From NCBI GenBank assembly GCA_002434915.1, contig DJLG01000110.1, positions 1,868 to 47,336 of the forward strand: a DNA stretch of 45,469 bases, written 5' to 3'. Under the pieces are notes generated by a model. It saw only the letters and a program-made list of their open reading frames with translations. It ran no database searches and was not told the DNA's origin. This document shows, in pieces, positions 8,149-16,594 of this stretch (within the stretch, counting starts at the first letter, position 1; every line of letters starts with the position of its first letter). The position numbers and the translations under genes were made by a program. The DNA comes from Proteobacteria bacterium UBA6522. GTDB taxonomy: Bacteria > Pseudomonadota > Gammaproteobacteria > Steroidobacterales > Rariloculaceae.

Positions 8149-9012
8149 TTAAGTTTCTGGCGAATACAGTGTCGTCATAGTTGCCGTTATGCATAGCACT
8201 ATAATTATCAGTAATATTTCTAATGAAATGGCCCGCTTAAAAATCGAGATAGAGTGGTGATTTTCTATTGAAAGAGAGGGTCCAAGTTTGAATTTATTGA
8301 ATGCTGCTATACCCATTAACGCTGAAAAACCAATGATTTTGCTTGTAAGTAATATGCCGTAAGGGGTTTTAAGGCTAGTTAAGCTGGGGAGAAGTATTAA
8401 TGCGATCCCTAATCCAGCACATGGTATTAGGGGGACAGTAAAGCTCGCTATTTTTGAGAAATGTTTTACAAGCTTTGCCGCTATTAATTTTTCTTGTGAA
8501 CATACTAAATGTAACGGTATAAGCGCTCCAAACCAAAAAGCGGCTAAAAGTAAATGGATAGTAAGGAGAATCGCAAGAACCCACTGCTGTTCGCTTGCTG
8601 CTACATGCCCCATCAAACTAAATGAAGCTGCTATAAAACAGGCACCAACTATTCCAGCCATACGACTCAGCCTCGAAGATTGTAGAAATGATGCTCCTAC
8701 AATTATTGTTCCTAATAACTTTAAAAACTGAGCAAACCCAAAGTTAGATGTGATTAAAAATTCATGTAAGGAAAAGTCAAGGAAGCCACTTAGTAATCCA
8801 GTTAAGCGTATCGGTTCTAAAAGATAACGTACAAGTATAAAAGTTGCTCCGGATAAGGCAGAAATTTTGCCTAGTAAATAGATAGGGGTTTTTGATATTG
8901 TCAAATGGCGATTAAAAAGACTAATAAACAAAGCTACGCCAGCAGATTGTAGTAGAGATATAAAAATTGCTGTACGCAGAACTACAACAAAGCTATCCAG
9001 CATGTTAGTCAA
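8149..9012 (-). CDS. copD: Copper resistance/uptake membrane protein CopD
   Basis: This 287-aa polytopic membrane protein lies 3 nt downstream of copC, the typical copCD arrangement. Confidence 0.75.
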   Translation of the reverse strand: MTNMLDSFVVVLRTAIFISLLQSAGVALFISLFNRHLTISKTPIYLLGKISALSGATFILVRYLLEPIRLTGLLSGFLDFSLHEFLITSNFGFAQFLKLLGTIIVGASFLQSSRLSRMAGIVGACFIAASFSLMGHVAASEQQWVLAILLTIHLLLAAFWFGALIPLHLVCSQEKLIAAKLVKHFSKIASFTVPLIPCAGLGIALILLPSLTSLKTPYGILLTSKIIGFSALMGIAAFNKFKLGPSLSIENHHSISIFKRAISLEILLIIIVLCITATMTTLYSPET

Positions 9013-9015
9013 TGG

Positions 9016-9384
9016 TTACTTTCTAGATACTAACTCTGCTATTTCAAATTGGAATTCACCAGATACAATATGCATATCTGCGCCAACCGCACGCCACTTA
9101 ACTATATAAGTACCGGGTGGAATTGAAGGTGTAGAAATAGAAAATTCTTGTTGCGTGGTGGTTGGCATTGCACCAAGGTCAATAACTTTTCCATCGTTAT
9201 CTTCTACAGAAAAAGCAGTGAGCCTGACTTCTGTGGAAAAACCCAATGCGATATTTTCGGGAGCTATAGTTTCTATCGAGTTATCAGCTGGATTAGAGCT
9301 TGACAGTACCGTATGTGCTTGTGCAGGCAGCCCTAGTATTGCCAAAAAAACTGTTATAAATAGCGTCAATATACGTATTTTCAT
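9016..9384 (-). CDS. copC: Periplasmic copper-binding protein CopC
   Basis: The signal peptide ends AQA|HTVL, placing His at mature position 1. The CopC pattern is SSNPADNS...YIVKWRAVGADMHIVSGEFQFEI, with a D-x-H motif. Confidence 0.85.
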   Translation of the reverse strand: MKIRILTLFITVFLAILGLPAQAHTVLSSSNPADNSIETIAPENIALGFSTEVRLTAFSVEDNDGKVIDLGAMPTTTQQEFSISTPSIPPGTYIVKWRAVGADMHIVSGEFQFEIAELVSRK

Positions 9385-9668
9385 GTATTTCTCCCTCTAG
9401 GTACTAAGATAGCTGTTCCGTACGATTGAAACAACGGTAGTTAGTAGATTTTTTAGTTACATTTTTTAAGTGACGGGGATGCAAGGGATATGGACAATAG
9501 CAGAATGATTTTGGTTTCGGCACGATGTCACTTGTATAGGTGGTAAGTACGGAAATCATTTTTTGGTTAGATCATGCAGATGCAACTATTCCTCAAGGGC
9601 TTTATTTCGTGGGCATAGGTCGTAATCATTAAAAGTTATCTGATAGTAGGTCTTAAACCATAAAGTTT

Positions 9669-11585
9669 TTGGAGAGATATATCTTGCAGAGCTATATAGA
9701 TATTCTAAAAAATATTTATCTTGCTACGATCGTTTTGATTGGTGTGGCCTGGGTGATTGATATTCCTCAATATTTTGGTTTATCCCTTATCTCAGCTGAG
9801 TGGATGGGACCGCTACTTTCTATTGGCATAGCAGCCGCTTTTCTTAAGCATCCATATTCAAAAAAAGCTGGGTTATTCGAGATTATTCTTGGTTTTGCAG
9901 CGCTTTTGAGTTGGTGTTGGATGTCATTACATTACGCCGATTGGATTATAGACATTTTTGGGTATACCGCAGAGAAATTTATACCGGGCATTATTGCCCT
10001 ATTACTTCTTATGGAAGCACTCCGTAAATCAGCTGGATTACCTATAACCATTTTGGTTTGGACTTTAATAGCCTATGGTTTTTTTGGTTACTTAATGCCA
10101 CAGCCATTTGAAGCAGAACAACTTCAAATGCCCCGCTTAATCATGTATCTCTATTCCGATACTAATGGTATTCCTGGACAAGTACTTTCTGTTATCGGAA
10201 GGCTGGTGCTTGCATTTATTGTGCTCGGTAAGTTAATGGAAATAACCGGTGCAACCCAATTTTTTACAAATCTAGCGTTGGCTGCAATGGGACATCGCCG
10301 TGGTGGCCCAGCAAAAGTTGCTGTTGTGGCATCCAGTGTTTTTGGCTCTATTAATGGCACCTCAGTAGGTAACATTATGTCAACTGGGATAGTAACAATC
10401 CCATTGATGAAAAAAGCTGGATTTAAAGCTCATTATGCCGCAGCAATTGAGGCTGTAGCCTCTAATGGGGGACAATTTGCTCCGCCTGTTATGGGTGCTA
10501 CTGCATTTTTAATTGCTGAGTTTCTGCAAATGAACTACATAGATGTTGTTATTGCAGCAATAGTGCCTGCTTCGCTTTACTACGTATGCCTCTTTTTACA
10601 AGTCGATGCTATTGCATTAAGAGATGGTCTTCATGGTCTTCCAAAGAAGGATTTGCCAAAGGCCTCGAAGGTCTTAAAAAAAGGATGGGTATTTCTATTA
10701 CCACTTGGTTTTTTGCTATACCTATTGTTTTGGAGAGGTTTTAACCCAGCAGTTGCAGCGCTTTGGTCGGTAGGGGCTTTATTAATTTTATCTTCATTGC
10801 TTAGACGGCGGTTTTTAACGTTAAAAGAATGGGGTGCCCTTATAGTTGGTGGTGGGGAAAATATGCTGCCATTATTAATGATTGGTGGCGGTGCAGGCGT
10901 AGTCATTGGAGTAATGAATATAACTGGCCTAGGTTTTTCCCTGTCACTCGTTTTAACTCAAATTGGAACAAATGCAGGCATGCTTGTTATGCTGATGCTA
11001 ACAGGCGTAATTGCAATAATCCTTGGCATGGGCATGCCTACGCCAGCAATTTATGTCGTGCTTTCAGTTATTCTTGCCCCTGCTATTGTTGATATGGGCG
11101 TATCCCCAATAGCTGCGCACTTATTCATTTTTTACTTTGGTCTTTTATCCTTTCTTACACCACCTGTAGCCATAGCTAGCTTTGTTGCAGCAGGTCTTGC
11201 TGGGAGTAAAATATGGCCTACTTCATGGTCTGGCGTGCAGCTTGCTGCAGTAGCATATATTTTGCCTTTTCTCTGGTGTTTTAACGAAGCCCTACTGCTA
11301 CAAGGCTCTACCATTGCAAATATTTATGCCGTAATTACAGCGCTTGTTGCTGCATTATTGATAGCAAAAGCATTACAAATTATGGTGGAAAGAACACGGT
11401 CCTCTTTGGGGATAGGGCTCTTAGTATTTGGGGGAGGGCTAGTCGTTGGTAGTAGCACCATATGGCTAGGTAATGAGTCTATTTTAACGCTGATTGTTGC
11501 CGGTACTGGAATTAGCATTCTAGTTCTAATTAGAACTTACTGGCATCAAGGACATGTTTTTATGGCAAGTAAAAAGCAATACTAG
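9669..11585 (+). CDS. TRAP transporter fused permease (4TM/12TM DctQM-like fusion)
   Basis: The 638-aa polytopic protein has DctM-like segments (GGPAKVAVVASSVFGSINGTSVGN, GGQFAPPVMGATAFL). The start codon (TTG at 9669) is uncertain. Confidence 0.8.
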   Translation: MERYILQSYIDILKNIYLATIVLIGVAWVIDIPQYFGLSLISAEWMGPLLSIGIAAAFLKHPYSKKAGLFEIILGFAALLSWCWMSLHYADWIIDIFGYTAEKFIPGIIALLLLMEALRKSAGLPITILVWTLIAYGFFGYLMPQPFEAEQLQMPRLIMYLYSDTNGIPGQVLSVIGRLVLAFIVLGKLMEITGATQFFTNLALAAMGHRRGGPAKVAVVASSVFGSINGTSVGNIMSTGIVTIPLMKKAGFKAHYAAAIEAVASNGGQFAPPVMGATAFLIAEFLQMNYIDVVIAAIVPASLYYVCLFLQVDAIALRDGLHGLPKKDLPKASKVLKKGWVFLLPLGFLLYLLFWRGFNPAVAALWSVGALLILSSLLRRRFLTLKEWGALIVGGGENMLPLLMIGGGAGVVIGVMNITGLGFSLSLVLTQIGTNAGMLVMLMLTGVIAIILGMGMPTPAIYVVLSVILAPAIVDMGVSPIAAHLFIFYFGLLSFLTPPVAIASFVAAGLAGSKIWPTSWSGVQLAAVAYILPFLWCFNEALLLQGSTIANIYAVITALVAALLIAKALQIMVERTRSSLGIGLLVFGGGLVVGSSTIWLGNESILTLIVAGTGISILVLIRTYWHQGHVFMASKKQY

Positions 11586-11607
11586 ATGTACTAGCTATAT
11601 GCCTTTA

Positions 11608-11625
11608 CAGGTCTTAAAAGACCTG
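11608..11625. terminator. Hairpin between convergent genes; possible bidirectional terminator
   Basis: The sequence caggtcttaaaagacctg is a perfect inverted repeat (a 6-8 bp stem). It lies between the TRAP stop and the stop of the minus-strand S-type gene. There is no strong T-tract. Confidence 0.35.
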
Positions 11626-11652
11626 AAATAAAGATCACAAGGTAGTGTAAAA

Positions 11653-12036
11653 CTAGGTGATTCTATTTGGGTAAACGTCGTAGTTTTTTCCGCTATAGGT
11701 TACCCGCACAGTTTTAACCTCATAACTCTCAGGATTACTATTACGATTACCACGTATGGATACTTCAGCACCTACAGGTATAGTTTCTTCAGCAAGCCCG
11801 GAACGTCTAGTTCTTGATGGTGGACCCATAGTGATATCCCAGACTTGTCCACTTTCGTCTTCGATCTGCATATGTGCGTGTGGACCTGACATGCTGAGAG
11901 CCCGATGCAATGTTCCGGATAACTCGAATTGATCGTTAGTTTGTCCGCTCCAGCCGTGGTGTGCCGAGACCTGAGTTGCCACTAATCCAAGTGTTACGAA
12001 GATTGTAGCAATACTGACAGTTATTTTGTTAAGCAT
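11653..12036 (-). CDS. Small exported protein, 'S-type' paralog 2 (the most divergent copy)
   Basis: The ATG at 12036 follows AAGGA, whereas the track start at 12051 is a TTG with no SD. The signal peptide ends VSA|HH. The motif SGPHAHM replaces NPH. Confidence 0.7.
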   Translation of the reverse strand: MLNKITVSIATIFVTLGLVATQVSAHHGWSGQTNDQFELSGTLHRALSMSGPHAHMQIEDESGQVWDITMGPPSRTRRSGLAEETIPVGAEVSIRGNRNSNPESYEVKTVRVTYSGKNYDVYPNRIT

Positions 12037-12134
12037 AATCTGTTCCTTCAAACGGGATTTAGCGCCTCACCAGTAGGCCAACAATAGCATATCTCTAGTA
12101 TATAAGGCGTAGCTTCTTAACAATTTTTCGCCTC

Positions 12135-12665
12135 CTATTGAGGTATCACAGCGACGGCTTCCACTTCTAAAACAAATCTTGGGTCTGAAGCTACACGAAC
12201 AATCTCTATAGTTGTACTGGCTGGGTTATGGTTTGGTCCCCAATATCGATTCATCACCTCTCGAATCGTGTCTCCATTAGTGGCAACATCTTTAACAAAT
12301 TTTGTAACTTGAATTACATCTGTAATTTCTCCCCCAGCGGCTTCAACTGTTCTTTTTATTCTTTCCATTACTCTAACTGTTGCAGCTTCAGCACCAAAGT
12401 CTAGATGATCAAATTCAGTTGCATCATGAGGGTGGCTATGTGGGACTGGTGCACCACTTGTGCCTGAAAGAAACAAAATCTGACCTGATCCAACAGAAAT
12501 CGCTGAGGTAAACGGCATGTTTGCACCACTGCTAGGCTCAGTTCCCGGCAGGTGAATATACTCAAACTGTTGATCACCTGTGCTGCAGCCGCAAAGAATC
12601 AGTGTGATAAATATTAAGGCCCATATCCTTAACCTCTTATTTAATTGCACTAAAGACTGAATCAT
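12135..12665 (-). CDS. RidA/YjgF family lipoprotein
   Basis: There is a GGGGGA SD and a lipobox (LILCGCS). RidA-like core: ILFLSGTSG...VMERIKRTVEAAGGEITDVIQVTKFV...STTIEIV...LEVEAVAV. Confidence 0.75.
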   Translation of the reverse strand: MIQSLVQLNKRLRIWALIFITLILCGCSTGDQQFEYIHLPGTEPSSGANMPFTSAISVGSGQILFLSGTSGAPVPHSHPHDATEFDHLDFGAEAATVRVMERIKRTVEAAGGEITDVIQVTKFVKDVATNGDTIREVMNRYWGPNHNPASTTIEIVRVASDPRFVLEVEAVAVIPQ

Positions 12666-12737
12666 GGTTTCCCCCTATTATTTTTAAAAAATAATTTCTT
12701 AGTAAATATAAAAGCCATAACACCTATAAAACTTGAA

Positions 12738-14018
12738 TCATTGGATTTCGGCAAGTTGTTGAAGCAGGGCACCCCTAGCGCTGTTAGCAGGCACGAATCG
12801 CTGCACTCTAAAAGAATCAACCTCCCCTGTGTAAATATTTCCTTGCGAGTCGACCGCTATCATGTGAAGACCAAAGAACTCACCTCCACCCTCACCCATG
12901 TGACCCAGTTCTCCAACAACCTCACCATTTTCTCGATTTAGAAACCAGATTTTGTTATTCATGCGATCAGAGATATAAAGAAAGCGTTGTTCAGGATCAG
13001 AGGAAAATGCTACGCCACCAGTTGAACCTCCTCCTCCGGTACTGGGCGCTAGTATAAATTCATCTAGGAATTCTCCTTGCTTCGTAGTTACATGAATTCG
13101 ATTAGCATTTCTGTCTGCGGCATAGACTAGCCCATCATTCGAGATATTTAATGTTAGGTGACCTGCAAAGTCCTTGGGCATTGGACCATTTGGTGTGTAC
13201 TCATGGTCCGCATCATCTATGCTGATCATCTCTAATGATTTTCCATAAGCCCCCCATCCTCTCTTGAATTCAAAACTATCAAGATCAAAAACTAATACAC
13301 GCCCACCTAAGTAGTTATCAGCTATGTATACCTCTCTGTCCGTCTCCACTATCCTAATTTCTTCAAGTCCACCAACAATTACTGGAGTGTCTGGGGGATA
13401 TTTTTCACGAAAAACTTTAGCAGCAGCTGTTCTGGCTGCTATTTCTATCGGATCATCTGGACTATTTGGCATAAAAACTGAGGCATGTTCGAGAGTCCCT
13501 TTGCCTGGGGTAAATTCGACTGGAGGAAGTAGACCTACAGGGCCACCATTTTCTCTTTCTGCTGTGCGTGCTATTTCGGCAATCACCATTCCTGTTTGAG
13601 GGTCATACTTGCGAACCGTATCCTGCCCAATGTAAACAAATCCATTCTCATCAACATCCATCCCGTGTCCCTGTGGAGCATTGAAAGAACCAATAACATT
13701 TCCGATCTGATCTAGATGAATCATTGAAGGGGGACGAATACAACATTGTGCAATTGGTGGTGAAACTTCATTTAGTAGTTCCATATCGGATAAGTCGTTT
13801 GGTCGATTGAGGACCCAGATATTATTGTTGGCGTCAATAGCAAGTCCGGTTATACCGCCTACTTTCCAATTATTTGGAAGTGTCTGGGGCCATGTTGGAT
13901 CAGCATAGTACTTTTGTGGTTCTTGCGTATGAGCTACAGTGCTAAGAAATAATAATATCGATATAACATTGGTGATAAGAGGGAATACGGCTATTAATAC
14001 CGGTTTATTTTTAGACAT
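12738..14018 (-). CDS. Exported NHL-repeat beta-propeller protein
   Basis: The ATG at 14018 follows GGGGGAG, and an N-terminal signal/anchor is present. NHL-like repeats include GLAIDANNNIWVLNR, HGMDVDENGFVYIG, NISNDGLVYAADRNANRIHV and HMIAVDSQGNIYTGEV..RVQRF. Confidence 0.75.
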   Translation of the reverse strand: MSKNKPVLIAVFPLITNVISILLFLSTVAHTQEPQKYYADPTWPQTLPNNWKVGGITGLAIDANNNIWVLNRPNDLSDMELLNEVSPPIAQCCIRPPSMIHLDQIGNVIGSFNAPQGHGMDVDENGFVYIGQDTVRKYDPQTGMVIAEIARTAERENGGPVGLLPPVEFTPGKGTLEHASVFMPNSPDDPIEIAARTAAAKVFREKYPPDTPVIVGGLEEIRIVETDREVYIADNYLGGRVLVFDLDSFEFKRGWGAYGKSLEMISIDDADHEYTPNGPMPKDFAGHLTLNISNDGLVYAADRNANRIHVTTKQGEFLDEFILAPSTGGGGSTGGVAFSSDPEQRFLYISDRMNNKIWFLNRENGEVVGELGHMGEGGGEFFGLHMIAVDSQGNIYTGEVDSFRVQRFVPANSARGALLQQLAEIQ

Positions 14019-14165
14019 AGTAATCTCCCCCTGAGTCAGATGTATTGTCAATGCTGATAATACTCTGCAATATGTTATATCAGCATAATAATTTTAATGT
14101 CTTCTGATAAGGAAGCTAATGCTTTATAGGGTTCGGTTTGAATAAGCCGTGATAAGGAGCTATGT

Positions 14166-15041
14166 ATGCAGGTTAGGGTCGTTATAGTTGCCATAACATG
14201 GGGTATTTTAAATATATCTCAGTCCGCATATGCGCAGGTTACACCAGAGGTCCAGTCTGTTCTCTATGAGGCGGCAGACACGCTAGGGTTACTTCGAACA
14301 CCTAGAGAAGTGGACCGTGTCATAACCATGATTTATTCAGGTTCAGGAACTAGGGTCATAGAGGGTGAAACTTGTGTCATGGATAGTTATCGAGCTAGTT
14401 TGCGCTATGCAATACCTGAAATTGTTCATCCTTTCCCGGTACCGGGTATGCGTGTTGATTTCACTTGTGTTGTTAGTGATGCCGAGCCACAGCGTTATGT
14501 GCAAGTTGTGGCAGGAGGATATGCTTGGGATGAAGATGAGCCAGGCGGCAACTCAGAGTCTATGCCTGAGACATTGCGTGAAAGATTGTTACAGATATGG
14601 CTTGTTCCACAGGGCCTAGTAAAGGCTGCTGTTGAAGCTGGGGAATTAGCTACCGCATCTTCTAATAGCGATGGAAATCCTGTGCTTACTTTTCCCTTGC
14701 CTGCTCCATTAGATGACACGATTGTGCAAGCCACATTTGACCCAGAAGTGTTTCTTTATCATACGATGCCAAACGGTACTAGGCGTGAATTTGGTCACCG
14801 GCTTGTACATGTTGAAACCGAGTTTGACGGTACCTTAGTAGAGGTGGCGTATGCTGACTACCAGGATTGGAATGAGTCTGACTATAAGGCAGATGTTTTG
14901 TTGCCGGGCCATATTATACAAACGGTTGATGGGGCTACGGTTATGGATTTAAATCTAAGTCTGAGCAACACATATAACCCTTATGTGGTTATGCCGTTGC
15001 CGGCAAACATTGCTGCGGCAGGAACTGCATTCTCAGAGTAA
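14166..15041 (+). CDS. Exported hypothetical protein (291 aa), first gene of an operon with the S3 and L2 paralogs
   Basis: It has an AAGGAG SD and a signal peptide ending SAYA|Q. I recognise no family. Confidence 0.6.
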   Translation: MQVRVVIVAITWGILNISQSAYAQVTPEVQSVLYEAADTLGLLRTPREVDRVITMIYSGSGTRVIEGETCVMDSYRASLRYAIPEIVHPFPVPGMRVDFTCVVSDAEPQRYVQVVAGGYAWDEDEPGGNSESMPETLRERLLQIWLVPQGLVKAAVEAGELATASSNSDGNPVLTFPLPAPLDDTIVQATFDPEVFLYHTMPNGTRREFGHRLVHVETEFDGTLVEVAYADYQDWNESDYKADVLLPGHIIQTVDGATVMDLNLSLSNTYNPYVVMPLPANIAAAGTAFSE

Positions 15042-15104
15042 ATTTGTTATTCGGACCATGCTATTATTTTTTAAATTTTCTTATTTTCTAAAGGAAACAA
15101 AGAG

Positions 15105-15515
15105 ATGCATCATAAATTTCGCTTAGTTGGTTTGGTGGGTGCTATGTTGGGTTTTCTTTTAGCGGCAACTCCAATAACTGCGCATCATGCAATCCAGGCT
15201 CAGTTTGATCAGGATAGGCTTGCTACTATCACTGGTGTGATGAGACGTGTGATGTGGATAAACCCACATGTGCGTTGGTTTTTAGATGTTGAGGATGAAA
15301 ATGGTGATGTAACCTCCTGGAATATCTCTGGGTCAGGACCTGGCGCGTTTCGTCGTGTAGGTATAAGTGGCCGCGATGTGTTCGTAACAGGAGAGACCTA
15401 CACTGCTACGATCGCTTTAGCAAAGGATGGGTCAGATTTTGGGTATATTGTCTCATTTATTCTTCCCGATGGCAGGAAGATTGATTTATGGCATCAATAC
15501 CAGTCCGAGGGTTAA
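15105..15515 (+). CDS. Small exported protein, 'S-type' paralog 3
   Basis: The signal peptide ends ITA|HH, followed by AIQAQFD, WINPH and DVEDENGDVTSWNISG. Confidence 0.75.
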   Translation: MHHKFRLVGLVGAMLGFLLAATPITAHHAIQAQFDQDRLATITGVMRRVMWINPHVRWFLDVEDENGDVTSWNISGSGPGAFRRVGISGRDVFVTGETYTATIALAKDGSDFGYIVSFILPDGRKIDLWHQYQSEG

Positions 15516-15580
15516 GAATAATCCAATGTGGATGACCGTTAACTAGAATTTAATAACTGGGATATTGAGATCCATAAGAA

Positions 15581-16552
15581 ATGAAAAATAGAACTATAAC
15601 CATGTCTTTTTTGCGTTACAGCTTAATGATCTTTAGTGCACTTGGTGTTACCACTTCTTTTGTAGCTTGTACATCTGGCCAAGATTCTGCCTCCTCCTCT
15701 GATATTGCTGTAAGTGACCAAGAACAAATGTCTGAAGTTGATGCTTCATCGACGCCCCGAACTGCCAATGGCAGGCCTGATTTAAATGGCCGATGGGGTA
15801 GTAGTGGTGGTGGAGGTAGTGTTATGGCAATTGAGCCTGACGGTACTGAATACAACTTTGATACATTTGCTGATTATCAGGCAGCTGTTAGTGAAGGTAG
15901 TGTGAGCCTTTCGGCTAGTATTATTGGGCGTAGACCTAACTATCGACATGGTAATAATGTTTATGGTGAGCGAGATGATGGGATGACTAGACGTTATTTC
16001 GCAAATCCACCTCTCTATAAAGGGGAGTTCTGGAATCGAATTGAATACTTGGATATCAATGGAAATATGGAGGATATGACTTTTATCTGTATGCCAGCTG
16101 GCGTACCGCGCATGGGACCACCAATTCGCATCTTACAGTCTGAATCAGATGTCGTTTTTCTTTATCAGCAACGTAATACTTGGCGTGTTATACCAACTGA
16201 TGGGCGTGATCATGATCCGTTGAATTCTCAAGACCAAACCTTCATGGGGGATTCTGTCGGACGTTGGGAAGGAGATACCCTTATTGTTGATGTTGTAGGC
16301 TTCAATGACCTTACTTGGCTTGGGTGGCCTGGTTGGTATCATACTAATGAAATGCGTGTTGAGGAACGCTTTACTCGTTTAGATGACACGCTTCTTTATG
16401 AGGTTACGGTGCATGATCCTGAAGTTTTAATTGAGCCATGGGAAATGGATCCGCGAGTTTTGAATCTAAACCCCAGTACAGCTACATACCTTGAGGACCC
16501 GCCTTGCTTAGATTTTGATTCTGCACATATGGTGACGAGGGAGCGTGGTTAA
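15581..16552 (+). CDS. Exported lipoprotein of unknown function, 'L-type' paralog 2
   Basis: There is a lipobox (FVACTS). Family motifs are GRPDLNGRWG, FICMPAGVPRM, GRWEGDTLIVDVVGFND, HDPEVLIEPW and PPCLDF. Confidence 0.7.
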   Translation: MKNRTITMSFLRYSLMIFSALGVTTSFVACTSGQDSASSSDIAVSDQEQMSEVDASSTPRTANGRPDLNGRWGSSGGGGSVMAIEPDGTEYNFDTFADYQAAVSEGSVSLSASIIGRRPNYRHGNNVYGERDDGMTRRYFANPPLYKGEFWNRIEYLDINGNMEDMTFICMPAGVPRMGPPIRILQSESDVVFLYQQRNTWRVIPTDGRDHDPLNSQDQTFMGDSVGRWEGDTLIVDVVGFNDLTWLGWPGWYHTNEMRVEERFTRLDDTLLYEVTVHDPEVLIEPWEMDPRVLNLNPSTATYLEDPPCLDFDSAHMVTRERG

Positions 16553-16594
16553 CTACTGTTTGTTACTAAATAGTAGATTAGAAAAAGGTAATGA

